A stretch of DNA of 64,000 nt from contig JAHLWR010000004.1 in assembly GCA_019057815.1 (NCBI GenBank), positions 1-64,000 of the forward strand, read 5' to 3'. The DNA is from Candidatus Heimdallarchaeota archaeon. Lineage in GTDB: Archaea > Asgardarchaeota > Heimdallarchaeia > Heimdallarchaeales > Heimdallarchaeaceae. Position numbers and translations under genes: made by a program. The notes under the pieces are model-generated. The model was given only the letters and a program-made list of their open reading frames with translations, searched no databases and was not told the DNA's origin. Positions within the stretch are counted from its first letter, which is position 1. Each line of letters begins with the position of its first letter. Positions 10,913 to 21,042 of this stretch are shown here, piece after piece.

Positions 10913-11593
10913 ATGAATGATAAAAAATCGACAGGATTAAATCTAATAAAACTAGAAAAGGGCGAAACTGTTAACATGAGCAAAGCTCTTGGCTCCAATA
11001 AAAGAATTGCTATTCTTAATCATCTTTCCAAAGAAGAATTGAATCTTTCTGAAATAGCTGAGAAGATCGGTAGCACCCCTCAAGCTGTTTATCACCATCT
11101 ACAAATTCTTGAAAAGTCAAAACTGATTTATGTTGCTCGTGAGAAAAAGATCAAGAACATGGAAAAGACAATAAAGTTTTATAGAGCTAATTATTATCCT
11201 GACGCAATTAATGTGCTCTTATGGGCTCCTTTTGAAATAGTTGAACATACTGAACTTAAAGCTCGATCACCTTTACCTGAACGGCCAATCCACAGAATAG
11301 CTATGAAAATAGCAAACAATTTATTTAAAGAAAGTAATAATTACAAAGTTGAAATATTAACCTCTTTAATGAAGAATCTCACATTCTTAACTCATAAATC
11401 GATGAGTGATCTTAAAAATGATTATGGGTTGAAGCTTGATGAAAAGCTTTGGACTCTCCTTCTATTCTTCTCTGAGCTCTCTGTAATGAATGCATTCAAA
11501 TTAATAATTGAAAAAGAAAAATATCGAGAAAGCTTAGATGATTTATTATCTATCCTCTTGGAAGAATGGCAAGAAAATCATGGAGACATTTAA
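10913..11593 (+). CDS. ArsR-like winged-helix transcriptional regulator
   Basis: KALGSNKRIAIL...LSEIAEKIGSTPQAVYHHLQILEKS. Confidence 0.8.
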   Translation: MNDKKSTGLNLIKLEKGETVNMSKALGSNKRIAILNHLSKEELNLSEIAEKIGSTPQAVYHHLQILEKSKLIYVAREKKIKNMEKTIKFYRANYYPDAINVLLWAPFEIVEHTELKARSPLPERPIHRIAMKIANNLFKESNNYKVEILTSLMKNLTFLTHKSMSDLKNDYGLKLDEKLWTLLLFFSELSVMNAFKLIIEKEKYRESLDDLLSILLEEWQENHGDI

Positions 11594-11599
11594 TCCTTC

Positions 11600-14191
11600 T
11601 CATTTCCTTAAAATAAAATCAAGCGTTTTTTGACTAGGAGGTTTAATATCATTCATTTCTATTTGTAATCCTATTCTATTAACATCACGAAGAGCTTCGT
11701 TGATATAATGATTGACATCTACTTCTTCTGGAGTAATTAGTGTAGGATGTCTAGAACGCTTATATAGCGCTGAATCTCCTTGTGCTATTACAAACGGGAA
11801 GCGATTGTACTCTTTCCACAGACTATCAATATTTTCACCATAATTTGAAGCAAAGTGTTCTAAAGCACCAATTGCTGATGTTTTCGACTTATAATCCTTT
11901 GGATTTCTACGTATAGGTCCAAAAATGATAGTTTGTTCGATTAGTTCTTCTCCTTTTGTATTTTTAAAATCCAAACACTTTTTGATAACTTTTTCTTTAG
12001 CTTGTTTCATATCTCCCTTTTCCAGTAGATATTTTAAAGCTAATTTCTGTGTTTCTTTTGCGAATGGGGAAGTATCACTTCTTATTGCCTCAAATCCCAC
12101 AATTTTTAGTTCTTTCGTAAGAACACTATAATAACTATATCGTTTCTTAGTTTCAGGTGCAAAAACAATCCTCAATGCCAGATCTTCAAATTCAAGGTTC
12201 ATTTCGTTTGGCAGCTTCTCTTCAAAATATGAAAGAAGCTGTCTCACCTCTGGGACTTCATCAAGATTAAATGCTCCTGTCATTAATGCTTTATTATGTG
12301 CTTCAAAAACGGTTTTTCTATCTGAAAGTTTGATGAACACTGAATCAGTATCTCCATATATTACTTGACATTTTTCACCAGAAAATTCTCTAGTCCAGTT
12401 AGAAATCTTTAGAATATAATCCTTAGCAATTCCTGTTATTGCATTAGATATTTCAAGATTATGGAATCTGCTTGCTATGTAGTTGTGGCTACCATATACT
12501 GAATTCATAACAATTTTGTACGCACCAGCTTGTTTTTTGAGTTTATCTAGTTTACCAGCTAATTCATCTGTTTTAGTTGTATTAGGGAATGATCGAAGGT
12601 ATGTTTCTATTTCATATATTTGCTTCTTGATGACTTTTCTTTGGTCTAGAAGTTTTTTTTCCATCAATTTTAAACCTGTATCAGGTTCTTTTCTAAACAT
12701 ATCAGAAAAATCCTTAGAAAATCCTTTGTAACTTTCTCCTCCTATGTTATTAGCAATTATCACGCTAGGAAACATTGACGTAAAATCAGCTATTAGGACA
12801 GCTTCATGAAGTGTACCTTTGGGAACAAGAACATAACCTCCTACTGCAGATGAACGATTTTGCTTCCTTTTTTCGACTATTTCTCTAGGCGGGTCTGGAG
12901 GAATTAATGTTCTATTCTGAAACAGGATACGAAAAAGCTGAAATTCTCCAAGATGTCTTGGTGTTGAGTAAATCCCTTCTGAAGGCCTAATACCTACCAA
13001 TTTCATAACTTCTAACCATTCTTCCATAGCAAATTCATAAAAAAGAGCGTGGATTAGAGATGCATCATGAGAAGCAATTTTATTGAACTTCCTTGGGAGA
13101 GATGTTTCTTTCTTGAGAATGGAATCAAACCAGATTTGATTTATAACAGATTGTTCTCCTTTTCGTTCCGTGTGCAAAATTTCGGAAACAAAAACTGAAA
13201 AACCTTTTTTTCCTGTTTTTGTCCTTATCCATCTTGAACTTTTAACTAGATCATATACTATATAACCAGGGATTCTATATCCTAGATAACCTATCGGAAG
13301 TTTTATTCGTGCTTTTTCTAAAGGGCTAAAAATGATTGTGCTCATTTCAAGCTGTTCCATTCTTCTAATCAGATATGGGAACAAAACCTGATTTCCACTA
13401 AATGTCACTAATACATCAGGAGAAATAGAATGTATAGTTTCCCAAACATTTTCAATTAATTTTCTTTCTGCTTCATCGTTATTCTTGTCAATGTAAAACA
13501 CTTTTGTTTTTGTTTTACTTTGTCTATCTCCCCAGCAGATGCTCATAGAAATGATTCTACTTATACCTTCTTTCAAAATACTGGAGAAATTCATAATTCT
13601 CCTGCCTTCTTCTGTTAAACTGTTGATTACCAGGTTGAGTCCCATAACAACATAGTTGTGAGACTCATCTGTTGTTTGACTAATATCTTGATAATCAACT
13701 TCCACTGTTCTAATATTAGATGAATTTTCTACTTCGCTGTAATTTTGTAATTCTACCCAATTCAATGCATAAATATCTGTATCAATGAGAAAACGAGAAA
13801 TGTAAGAAATATCTTTTTCATAGCTATTGATACCCTTACTTCTAAGAATCCGACTATATTTCTGTATTAGCCAAGGATTTCGACCTAAAATCTTATACAA
13901 AAAAACAGGTTTGTTCTGATCATAAAGCTTTTTAGATGTTTTGTGTGATTCTTCAATCCATTTTTCGAAAGCTGGTTCATTGAACAAAAGACCTTGTAAA
14001 GTATTAAGTGTGGAGGGTATGTCATCGATATAAAAATATGGGTAGAAACCCGTAATTTGAATGTTAATGGGCTTGCGATCAACAGTCTTTCCATGGATAC
14101 GTATTACAGGTTCTTCTTCTCCTTTCGAATTTCTTCTAATAATAAAATCCAAATCGATTATTAGACACTTTAGTGGAGAAGTTTTAGACAT
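11600..14191 (-). CDS. polB: Family B DNA polymerase (exonuclease motifs degenerate)
   Basis: DFTSMFPS, KIVMNSVYG, YGDTDS, KKRY, GFEAIRSD; N-terminal FYPYFY; C-terminal PIP-like QKTLDF. Confidence 0.93.
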   Translation of the reverse strand: MSKTSPLKCLIIDLDFIIRRNSKGEEEPVIRIHGKTVDRKPINIQITGFYPYFYIDDIPSTLNTLQGLLFNEPAFEKWIEESHKTSKKLYDQNKPVFLYKILGRNPWLIQKYSRILRSKGINSYEKDISYISRFLIDTDIYALNWVELQNYSEVENSSNIRTVEVDYQDISQTTDESHNYVVMGLNLVINSLTEEGRRIMNFSSILKEGISRIISMSICWGDRQSKTKTKVFYIDKNNDEAERKLIENVWETIHSISPDVLVTFSGNQVLFPYLIRRMEQLEMSTIIFSPLEKARIKLPIGYLGYRIPGYIVYDLVKSSRWIRTKTGKKGFSVFVSEILHTERKGEQSVINQIWFDSILKKETSLPRKFNKIASHDASLIHALFYEFAMEEWLEVMKLVGIRPSEGIYSTPRHLGEFQLFRILFQNRTLIPPDPPREIVEKRKQNRSSAVGGYVLVPKGTLHEAVLIADFTSMFPSVIIANNIGGESYKGFSKDFSDMFRKEPDTGLKLMEKKLLDQRKVIKKQIYEIETYLRSFPNTTKTDELAGKLDKLKKQAGAYKIVMNSVYGSHNYIASRFHNLEISNAITGIAKDYILKISNWTREFSGEKCQVIYGDTDSVFIKLSDRKTVFEAHNKALMTGAFNLDEVPEVRQLLSYFEEKLPNEMNLEFEDLALRIVFAPETKKRYSYYSVLTKELKIVGFEAIRSDTSPFAKETQKLALKYLLEKGDMKQAKEKVIKKCLDFKNTKGEELIEQTIIFGPIRRNPKDYKSKTSAIGALEHFASNYGENIDSLWKEYNRFPFVIAQGDSALYKRSRHPTLITPEEVDVNHYINEALRDVNRIGLQIEMNDIKPPSQKTLDFILRK

Positions 14192-14456
14192 GTATATCCC
14201 CTTTAATATATTAGATGAACAAGGATATATTTAAATCTTTTATAAATCATTCAACTCTGAATTGTATTGTTATCCAAAGTATTTGATGTGTCAAGACAAA
14301 CTAGATTTAGGTATATAAACTTAAATAAAATCGTAAAATCTATGAAGAAAGAGTTAAACTTTTAATGTATAGTTAAATTTAGATATAGAACACTAGAATT
14401 GATTGCAAATTCAATTTTATTTCAGTTAAATTTTTAAGCAATGAAAATATGTATAG

Positions 14457-14849
14457 TTGGTAGAGTCAATGTCCTTCCGTAGATTGTCACCTGATATTTA
14501 TAAGAATTTAAAGAAGTTAGAGCTCTCTGCAGCTACAAAAAGTGCTAATATGGAAGAAACTGTAACATTTGAGATGGCTCCTGAAGAAGGAGAGGAAATT
14601 CCATATTACTGGTTTATTTTGATGTTATCATTTGGACAAAGAAGTGGATATGTTTACGATCGTGAAGGATTACATATCCCTGAACCTGAAAATTATACTT
14701 ATAGCGTAGAATTGTGGAAATTTCAAGGGAGCACAATAAAAACTGTTGAAATAAAAGCGAATAAAGTAGATTTTGATACTGCAATGCAGGCGTTTCAAGA
14801 TCAACAAAAAAAACTTCAACAAAAGGGTTATAAGCAAATTAACCATTAA
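14457..14849 (+). CDS. Hypothetical protein (WGR-like C-terminus)
   Basis: C-terminal helix DTAMQAFQDQQKKLQQKGY resembles the end of WGR domains. Confidence 0.5.
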   Translation: MVESMSFRRLSPDIYKNLKKLELSAATKSANMEETVTFEMAPEEGEEIPYYWFILMLSFGQRSGYVYDREGLHIPEPENYTYSVELWKFQGSTIKTVEIKANKVDFDTAMQAFQDQQKKLQQKGYKQINH

Positions 14850-15409
14850 ATAAAGAGAAGAACAATTGAACTTGCTAGGATTGGTAATGCACTTAACAAG
14901 CCTAGAGTTAGCTTCTTTGGTTGATATGTAATCTGTAATAAATGACCAAATTCAACTTCCTTTTGATTCATTAATTTGATATTAAAGTATAAACCAATTG
15001 TAACTAAGAGTATACTTACTAATGCTAGTACAGTTATTTGCCAGAATTCAAGTGAAGTTAAACTATAAGCTACAGTAAAACCGTACGCAGGTAGAAGACC
15101 TAAGTAATATAGAACTAGTTGCTGAGCAAATTGTGTTGGAAACTTCTTTGTTTTATCGTATTTCATGTTAAATGCTGTATATTTTGCTGATAATGATAAT
15201 ACTGGATAATTTCCTGCAATTGCGATTACAATAAATAATATTCCTAGAATTATAAACCAATTAGCTAGTGTGTTATCAATAACACTCTTCACAATAAGAA
15301 CATGTCCTCCAGCTGAGAATAGACCTACAAAAATTCCTCCTAGAGGATTGAAAGTTTTGGGTTTTCTAACAGCAGTTTTAGCTATCAAGTCTTTCTCTGT
15401 TAAAGTCAT
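14846..15409 (-). CDS. Hypothetical membrane protein
   Basis: About five hydrophobic segments; translationally coupled to the Nudix gene. Confidence 0.7.
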   Translation of the reverse strand: MTLTEKDLIAKTAVRKPKTFNPLGGIFVGLFSAGGHVLIVKSVIDNTLANWFIILGILFIVIAIAGNYPVLSLSAKYTAFNMKYDKTKKFPTQFAQQLVLYYLGLLPAYGFTVAYSLTSLEFWQITVLALVSILLVTIGLYFNIKLMNQKEVEFGHLLQITYQPKKLTLGLLSALPILASSIVLLFI

Positions 15410-15858
15410 TAATTGTCATCCTCGGGCTTCCTAGCCAAAGCTCTTTCCGTAAGGAATTTTTCTGCAGATCTTATTATTCTTCTTGTATTCTCAAAAGCTA
15501 ACATCTCCAGAGATTCATCATATTTAGCCCAGCAATAGCCAATGTGCTCCTTTGAAAGACGAACTTCTTTTGTGGGAGTAATACCAATGATATATACAAC
15601 AGTTTTTTTAACTCTTATATGCCCTCGTGAAAAGTAATAAGTCACCTTGTGCTCAAAATCATCTTCAACATTGATATCACTGATACCTGTTTCTTCTTCA
15701 GCTTCACGTAGTGCAGCTTGGATAATGGTCTCATTTTTCTCTATCCTGCCTTTCGTTAAACCCCATCGATTAGCAGACGACCAAGACCTTCCATAGTTCA
15801 AAAGTAGATATCTTCCACTATTGTAGAGTACTATCCCAGCTGATTTTTCAAGATCCAT
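15409..15858 (-). CDS. Nudix hydrolase (Ap4A hydrolase-like)
   Basis: KGRIEKNETIIQAALREAEEETG Nudix box, SAG start motif, LSKEH; ATG at 15858. Confidence 0.9.
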   Translation of the reverse strand: MDLEKSAGIVLYNSGRYLLLNYGRSWSSANRWGLTKGRIEKNETIIQAALREAEEETGISDINVEDDFEHKVTYYFSRGHIRVKKTVVYIIGITPTKEVRLSKEHIGYCWAKYDESLEMLAFENTRRIIRSAEKFLTERALARKPEDDN

Positions 15859-15948
15859 AGTATCATCTTTTTCTGATTTTAAGAGTGTATTTTTATTAAG
15901 ATTATGGTTGTAATAATTACAAATCACTAAATTTCTGCTGAGATATGT

Positions 15949-17358
15949 CTATTCAATTACAGTTTTATCAATATTGTTTGTATTGGAATTGTGAGGAATA
16001 TCTATTTCTTTTGGGAATTTCAATGCCATAAAAATAACTGTTGGCATTAAAACTGCTGATATGATAAATGGTACAAGAATACTTACCTTCTCTATAATAT
16101 AACCTGTAATAAAAGCAGTAGGGAACCATCCTAGATTTTTCAACCCAATAATCGTACCATAGGCCTCAGCTCTTTTAGATTTATCAAAATTAGTAACAAT
16201 TGATGAAATGCTAGGAATCCAGAACGCTACACTTGCGCCTATACATGCCCAAGATATAAGTATGGGGTAAATTCGGTATTCAGGCAAAGTGAAATAAGCT
16301 ATGATATTCATAACAGGGAACAGCGCTCCTGTAAGCTCACTGATGACTAGAAGTTCTCTTTTAGTTAGTTTATCTGAATATTTTGTTAGAGGTAAGAAAA
16401 ATGCAATAGAAGCTACATTAAAAACAATTGAAAAGATTGCGACATCATCAGTAGTAAAATTGTATACTAGAATAACGCTTCCATTAAAAATGCTGATGCT
16501 TAACCCAAAAACAAAAGATTCCCAAAGGAAGAATAAAAGGGAATACTTGACTTTTCGACTTTTGAAAATATCCTTATATACCTTCAATCGATGGTCAATA
16601 TTCTCAGTTAACTTGGTCTTCTTTTGATTCCTTCTCTTTTCATAGATAAAATAGGGAAAAACTAAGAAGTAATACAAAGAAGTGAACATCTGTTTAAAAG
16701 AGAGTAAAATTGACTGGAGAGCTTGAACAAATTGTTTAGTAAGATTAGGTGAGAAATCGTCTAAAACTATACTCTCTTTCAATTTGAAAAGTTGATAGAT
16801 CATCAATAATCCATATCCGACTGTTAATCCATAGAAATAGTATCTAAGTGGGATTCTATCGGAAACGAGCATTATGACAAGAGGACCAACAGTTCCTGTA
16901 GCATAAAAAGCCAAACCTATCAACGAAAAAGAGGAAGCTCTCTTAGTATCATCACTGCTTTCAGCTGTAAGGGATTGAATCGATGGTTCAGAAATCCCAA
17001 AACCTAAGTTGAATAAAGTAACACCAATTATGATAAGAGCAATATGATAAGAAAAGGAATAGACGATCATAGCTATTACATATAAAAGAACTCCAGCTAG
17101 ATAAACACGTTTTCTCCCTATTTTGTCACTTAGCATAGGGGAGAGTACCATAGGTATAATTTGGAAAATTGAAGCAGCAGTCATTATCAACCCAAGTAAA
17201 GCTTCAGGTCTGGAATATTTCGATGCAAACTCAACAATGTATGGTTGCAAAAGAACATAATAGAATCCATTGCACAACCCAAAAGTGAGATTAGCAAAGA
17301 ATAACGTACGTATATTTGTAATTCTTGCAGGATGAAGCTCAATAGTTCCTACAGCCAT
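15949..17358 (-). CDS. MFS transporter
   Basis: LSDKIGRKR motif A; about 12 TM segments. Confidence 0.88.
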   Translation of the reverse strand: MAVGTIELHPARITNIRTLFFANLTFGLCNGFYYVLLQPYIVEFASKYSRPEALLGLIMTAASIFQIIPMVLSPMLSDKIGRKRVYLAGVLLYVIAMIVYSFSYHIALIIIGVTLFNLGFGISEPSIQSLTAESSDDTKRASSFSLIGLAFYATGTVGPLVIMLVSDRIPLRYYFYGLTVGYGLLMIYQLFKLKESIVLDDFSPNLTKQFVQALQSILLSFKQMFTSLYYFLVFPYFIYEKRRNQKKTKLTENIDHRLKVYKDIFKSRKVKYSLLFFLWESFVFGLSISIFNGSVILVYNFTTDDVAIFSIVFNVASIAFFLPLTKYSDKLTKRELLVISELTGALFPVMNIIAYFTLPEYRIYPILISWACIGASVAFWIPSISSIVTNFDKSKRAEAYGTIIGLKNLGWFPTAFITGYIIEKVSILVPFIISAVLMPTVIFMALKFPKEIDIPHNSNTNNIDKTVIE

Positions 17359-17476
17359 TGGCTGATTATTTATGATATTGTTAAAAATGCAATGATTTAC
17401 GAGAACACAAAAGAGTGTCTGATCTATTTATTTTGACAGCATTAACTTTATTAAAGGCAAGAATTTACACAAAATT

Positions 17477-18862
17477 ATGACCGATTATTTAGATACTCCC
17501 CTTTCATGGGGTTCAGAAACATTGAATGATTTCATATCAATAGAATATGAAAAGCAGACTAAGTTTCTTCATCCTCCTGAATTTTCTAAAAAACCTATGT
17601 TCGAAGGAACAGTTGATGAGGTTCTAGACAAAGTTTTAGCTAATCCAATAGGCTATAATGTTTCTTTTGATGAATTACTCAATCAGAAGTATGAAAAAGG
17701 TAAGCCAGTTGTTTTTGCAGTAGACGATTATACACGCCCGAATATTCACACTAAGATTTTACTTCCAAAATTAATAAACAAGATAATTAAACTAGGTGTA
17801 GTAGAAGAAGATATTAGAATTTTAATAGCTTGTGGAACCCATAGAATCCCTAAAGAAGAAGAGTACACTAAGATTGTAGGTAAGGAAATTGTTGAGAAAT
17901 ACAGAGAAAATATTGTATCACATGACTGCGATAAAGATATAACAATGGTTGGAGAGAGTAAAGCTGGGACACCCATGGGTTTCAATAATTTGGTGTTTGA
18001 AGCCTCAATTCTTATCCCAATAACCGATAGTGAATTACATTACTTTGCTGGTGTAGCAGGGACCATAAAAGAGATTTGCCCAGGATTAGCAGCAAGAGTC
18101 ACTGTAAGTAGAAACCATCCCAAAATGTTTCACAGAGAATTTGGTTTTGTTCCTGGTTGTATGCTTGGAAATGCTGATAAAACAAATCCTGTTATCAGTG
18201 ATATTAAAAACATGGTTTCAATTTTAAAAGAACAAGTAACAATCTTTGGTATAGATACTATTGTTACAGCAGGAAAAATAGTCTATATGAATGCTGGAGA
18301 TCTTGTTAAATTGCATGAGGAAGCCAATGGTCACATTGTTGCGATGAGAACTGTCAAAGTTCCAAAAGCTGGTGATTTAGTAATCACTGGATTGCAAAGT
18401 TGGGGGATCAATTTATATCAAACTGGAAAAGGAATTCATGCATCTTGGAATGCTGTTAGAAAAGATGGTAAAGGTGAAATTCTCATTGTATCTCCTTGCC
18501 CAGACGGTGTAGGAAATGCCAACTTTGAACAAACAATGATTGAAAGCAAGGATTTAAGTCTGCAAGAAGCTTTGGAATACGTTCTTGATAACTATTGTAA
18601 CGAAGAGACATTTAAAATAGGCAATCAAAAACCTGTAGATCTATTAAGGATACAAAAAACAATCGGAGAAGGAAACATGAAAATGATTTCTCTTATGGAT
18701 TCAAATGTTTTGAAAACGGTCTATAGAATCTCTCCTGTTAAAAAACCTGAAGAAGAACCAGTAGAAGCAATAAGAAGAGAAGTTGAAGCTTATATGTCAA
18801 AAAATCCTGCAGGGCAAATATATCTGTTAGATGATCCAGGTCTCTTAATTGTAGTTGAATAA
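17477..18862 (+). CDS. Lactate racemase LarA-family (nickel pincer) protein
   Basis: DDYTRP, GTHR, HYFAG..G..K...PG, NH, YQTGK. Confidence 0.85.
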   Translation: MTDYLDTPLSWGSETLNDFISIEYEKQTKFLHPPEFSKKPMFEGTVDEVLDKVLANPIGYNVSFDELLNQKYEKGKPVVFAVDDYTRPNIHTKILLPKLINKIIKLGVVEEDIRILIACGTHRIPKEEEYTKIVGKEIVEKYRENIVSHDCDKDITMVGESKAGTPMGFNNLVFEASILIPITDSELHYFAGVAGTIKEICPGLAARVTVSRNHPKMFHREFGFVPGCMLGNADKTNPVISDIKNMVSILKEQVTIFGIDTIVTAGKIVYMNAGDLVKLHEEANGHIVAMRTVKVPKAGDLVITGLQSWGINLYQTGKGIHASWNAVRKDGKGEILIVSPCPDGVGNANFEQTMIESKDLSLQEALEYVLDNYCNEETFKIGNQKPVDLLRIQKTIGEGNMKMISLMDSNVLKTVYRISPVKKPEEEPVEAIRREVEAYMSKNPAGQIYLLDDPGLLIVVE

Positions 18863-18872
18863 ACTACTTTTT

Positions 18873-19139
18873 TTATAGTTCTGTTGTATCATCAGGCCAC
18901 ATTCTTTCTATAACTTCTGTTTCGCATTTCATACAGAGATTCCTTTTCAATATGATTCCATCTTTATCGGTTTCAAAATTCTGAATCAAACCTCGATCAC
19001 ACAGAATATCAGATTTGCATTCAATGCAGTAAAAATACCTGTTTTTGAATTTGGGTGACCACAAATATTTACTACATGAAGCACATTTTTTGCGAAAATC
19101 GCATTTAAGGTGTTGGGCAATAATTGTCATCTTAGTCAT
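18873..19139 (-). CDS. Small Cys-rich zinc-finger protein
   Basis: Three CxxC pairs plus extra Cys/His; overlaps the upstream gene by 8 bp. Confidence 0.65.
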   Translation of the reverse strand: MTKMTIIAQHLKCDFRKKCASCSKYLWSPKFKNRYFYCIECKSDILCDRGLIQNFETDKDGIILKRNLCMKCETEVIERMWPDDTTEL

Positions 19140-19362
19140 CCTCTTCTTTTCTCATAATCCATCTATGATAATCACTTTTCCTTTTTTTATCTTGTCTTTC
19201 TTTCTCAGCATCAGAAAAACCGACTTCTCTGATTAGCTCAGCACGAATATTTCTAGCCATTTTTTCATAATCCCATCTCTTAACAGAAAGACCACAGTCT
19301 AAGCAAACCATAAAGGGAGCTTTATATTTCATTTCCCCACCACATTCAGGGCATCGTGCCAT
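19132..19362 (-). CDS. Small zinc-ribbon protein
   Basis: MARCPECGG...CLDCG; ATG at 19362. Confidence 0.7.
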   Translation of the reverse strand: MARCPECGGEMKYKAPFMVCLDCGLSVKRWDYEKMARNIRAELIREVGFSDAEKERQDKKRKSDYHRWIMRKEEDD

Positions 19363-19599
19363 ACATCTAACCTTCTTATTTGATAACAATAATTTTGTAA
19401 GTTTAAAAAATTACCCTAACAAGCAAAAATTATTTTCATTCACATCTATGAGGTTAAGATATCATCAGTTTTACTCTCATTATTTCTGATGTTTTTTGGG
19501 AAATTAATGATTAAAACTCCAACACAAATTAGTATCAACCCAACAATAAGTGTCCAATCAATTGTTTCTCCTTTTATCAAGAGAAAAGAAAAGATAGTT

Positions 19600-19780
19600 C
19601 CAAAGACAGGAACAAGATTAATGATGAGTTATTGTCTCCTTGTAACATTAGACAAGAGTTAGTTAAGTGTATTTCTTAGAGGTCATTACAATGCTTCGAT
19701 GCTCACTCTGAGTGGATACATCACGTATCCTCCTACCCCGTTCACACTACGTTGAGGTAGTGCTTTCGGATCGCTTTTGA
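19600..19780 (-). ncRNA. Predicted omegaRNA/reRNA of TnpB element 1 (5' boundary approximate)
   Basis: Hairpin GGATAC-GTGAT-GTATCC whose loop can pair with the terminal CATCAT (pseudoknot); predicted guide = flank TAATCTTGTTCCTGTCTTTG. Confidence 0.65.
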
Positions 19781-21042
19781 CTAGAATGTTGTACGCTGCG
19801 TTCACATCAGCGTTGATGAGAAAACCTTGAGCAGATTTGAACAACCCTCGGGTAACTCGTCGTCCAGCATATTTCTGTCTTTCTTGGGGAAATTCATTAT
19901 CCAAAAAACTGCATTTAGAGGTATATTCTTCTGGGATGAGCTCGACTTTTATCCCTTTCTCTGCAGCCTTATACTTCAGCATGTTAATAATACGCATATA
20001 AGGGATAGCAACAAACATCTGGGTGAGTTTTTTCCAGAAATGCACCCCTTGTTTCCATTTCTTGTTATAGCCAATAATTACCTCATGGATGTTTCGTTCC
20101 ACCCACAAATCTACTAGATAACTAGTGAGCTTGTGTATGGCATCCTTAAGTTTCTTTCTCCATTTTTCCCTGAGCTTATAATATGCTGGACCATAATTTA
20201 GTCTATTCTTCACCTTCAGCTGTTTTCTTTGCTGTTGGACATATTGTTCGCGTAATTGTGTTTGTTTCTTCAAATAATATTGTGTAATGGATTTTATTCC
20301 TTTCCCTGCGTCCTTGATAACAATCGGTTGTGAGCCGAGGTTATCCACAAAGGTCACAAGGTTGACCATCCCTAGATCGATCGCTCCTTTCCGTTTTGTT
20401 CGTTTTCTAAGTTTAGGTAAGGTTTTTTGATAGACAATTTCAATAGTATATCCTACTCTTCGTGGTACTATCCTCACTTCTCGCAATTTTGTTAGAGGAG
20501 TTAGTCGTGTTTTGTAATGGAACCCCACTTTTTTGGGAAGGACTAGCCATCCATTGATTATCCTTGCTTGTTGGTTGGTAATAATTGCTACCACCTCCCC
20601 ATCCTTAGCCTTATATCCAGGAGGACGAGGCGTAGCGAAGAACGCTTCAGGATTCGCTCTCCACTCCTTTTTTGCTTGGAAATATCCTTTCCAATTTCTG
20701 CAAAGAAGTTTGAGGGTGTGTTGGGCAGTATGGGCGGGAAGAACCTTGTAACATTCTTCTTGTTTAAGTAACTTATTAAGATCATAGTAGAAGAGAATCT
20801 TACTCTCCTTCTCCAACGATTTTTTTACCAGAAAATTTGCTCGATTGTAGAGATTTTTGACTTGATGACAAAGCTTACTTAACGTTGGAATATAACCTAC
20901 TTCTATGCATTCCACTCTAAGAACTTTTGTCATCCTTAGTTTACCCAGACGTAGATATAAAAACTCTAGTAATATTTGCACCAAAGAGTAGTTTAAGATG
21001 ATTGTTACGTCCCCTTATGTGATAAGGAGACAAATATTATTC
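19621..21042 (-). mobile_element. TnpB-only (IS1341-like, non-autonomous) element 1
   Basis: Removing it restores ATT TTT ATT AAT CTT GTT in the EamA gene; inserted 3' of TTTAT, ends in TCAT; subterminal hairpins/IRs containing TTGTCTCCTT. Confidence 0.92.
19686..20933 (-). CDS. tnpB: TnpB RNA-guided nuclease (rearranged RuvC-II type)
   Basis: KNLYN, IDLG (RuvC-I), IIGYNKKWKQ, EEYTSKCSFLD, GLF, NADVNAAYNI (RuvC-III); ATG at 20933. Confidence 0.93.
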   Translation of the reverse strand: MTKVLRVECIEVGYIPTLSKLCHQVKNLYNRANFLVKKSLEKESKILFYYDLNKLLKQEECYKVLPAHTAQHTLKLLCRNWKGYFQAKKEWRANPEAFFATPRPPGYKAKDGEVVAIITNQQARIINGWLVLPKKVGFHYKTRLTPLTKLREVRIVPRRVGYTIEIVYQKTLPKLRKRTKRKGAIDLGMVNLVTFVDNLGSQPIVIKDAGKGIKSITQYYLKKQTQLREQYVQQQRKQLKVKNRLNYGPAYYKLREKWRKKLKDAIHKLTSYLVDLWVERNIHEVIIGYNKKWKQGVHFWKKLTQMFVAIPYMRIINMLKYKAAEKGIKVELIPEEYTSKCSFLDNEFPQERQKYAGRRVTRGLFKSAQGFLINADVNAAYNILVKSDPKALPQRSVNGVGGYVMYPLRVSIEAL

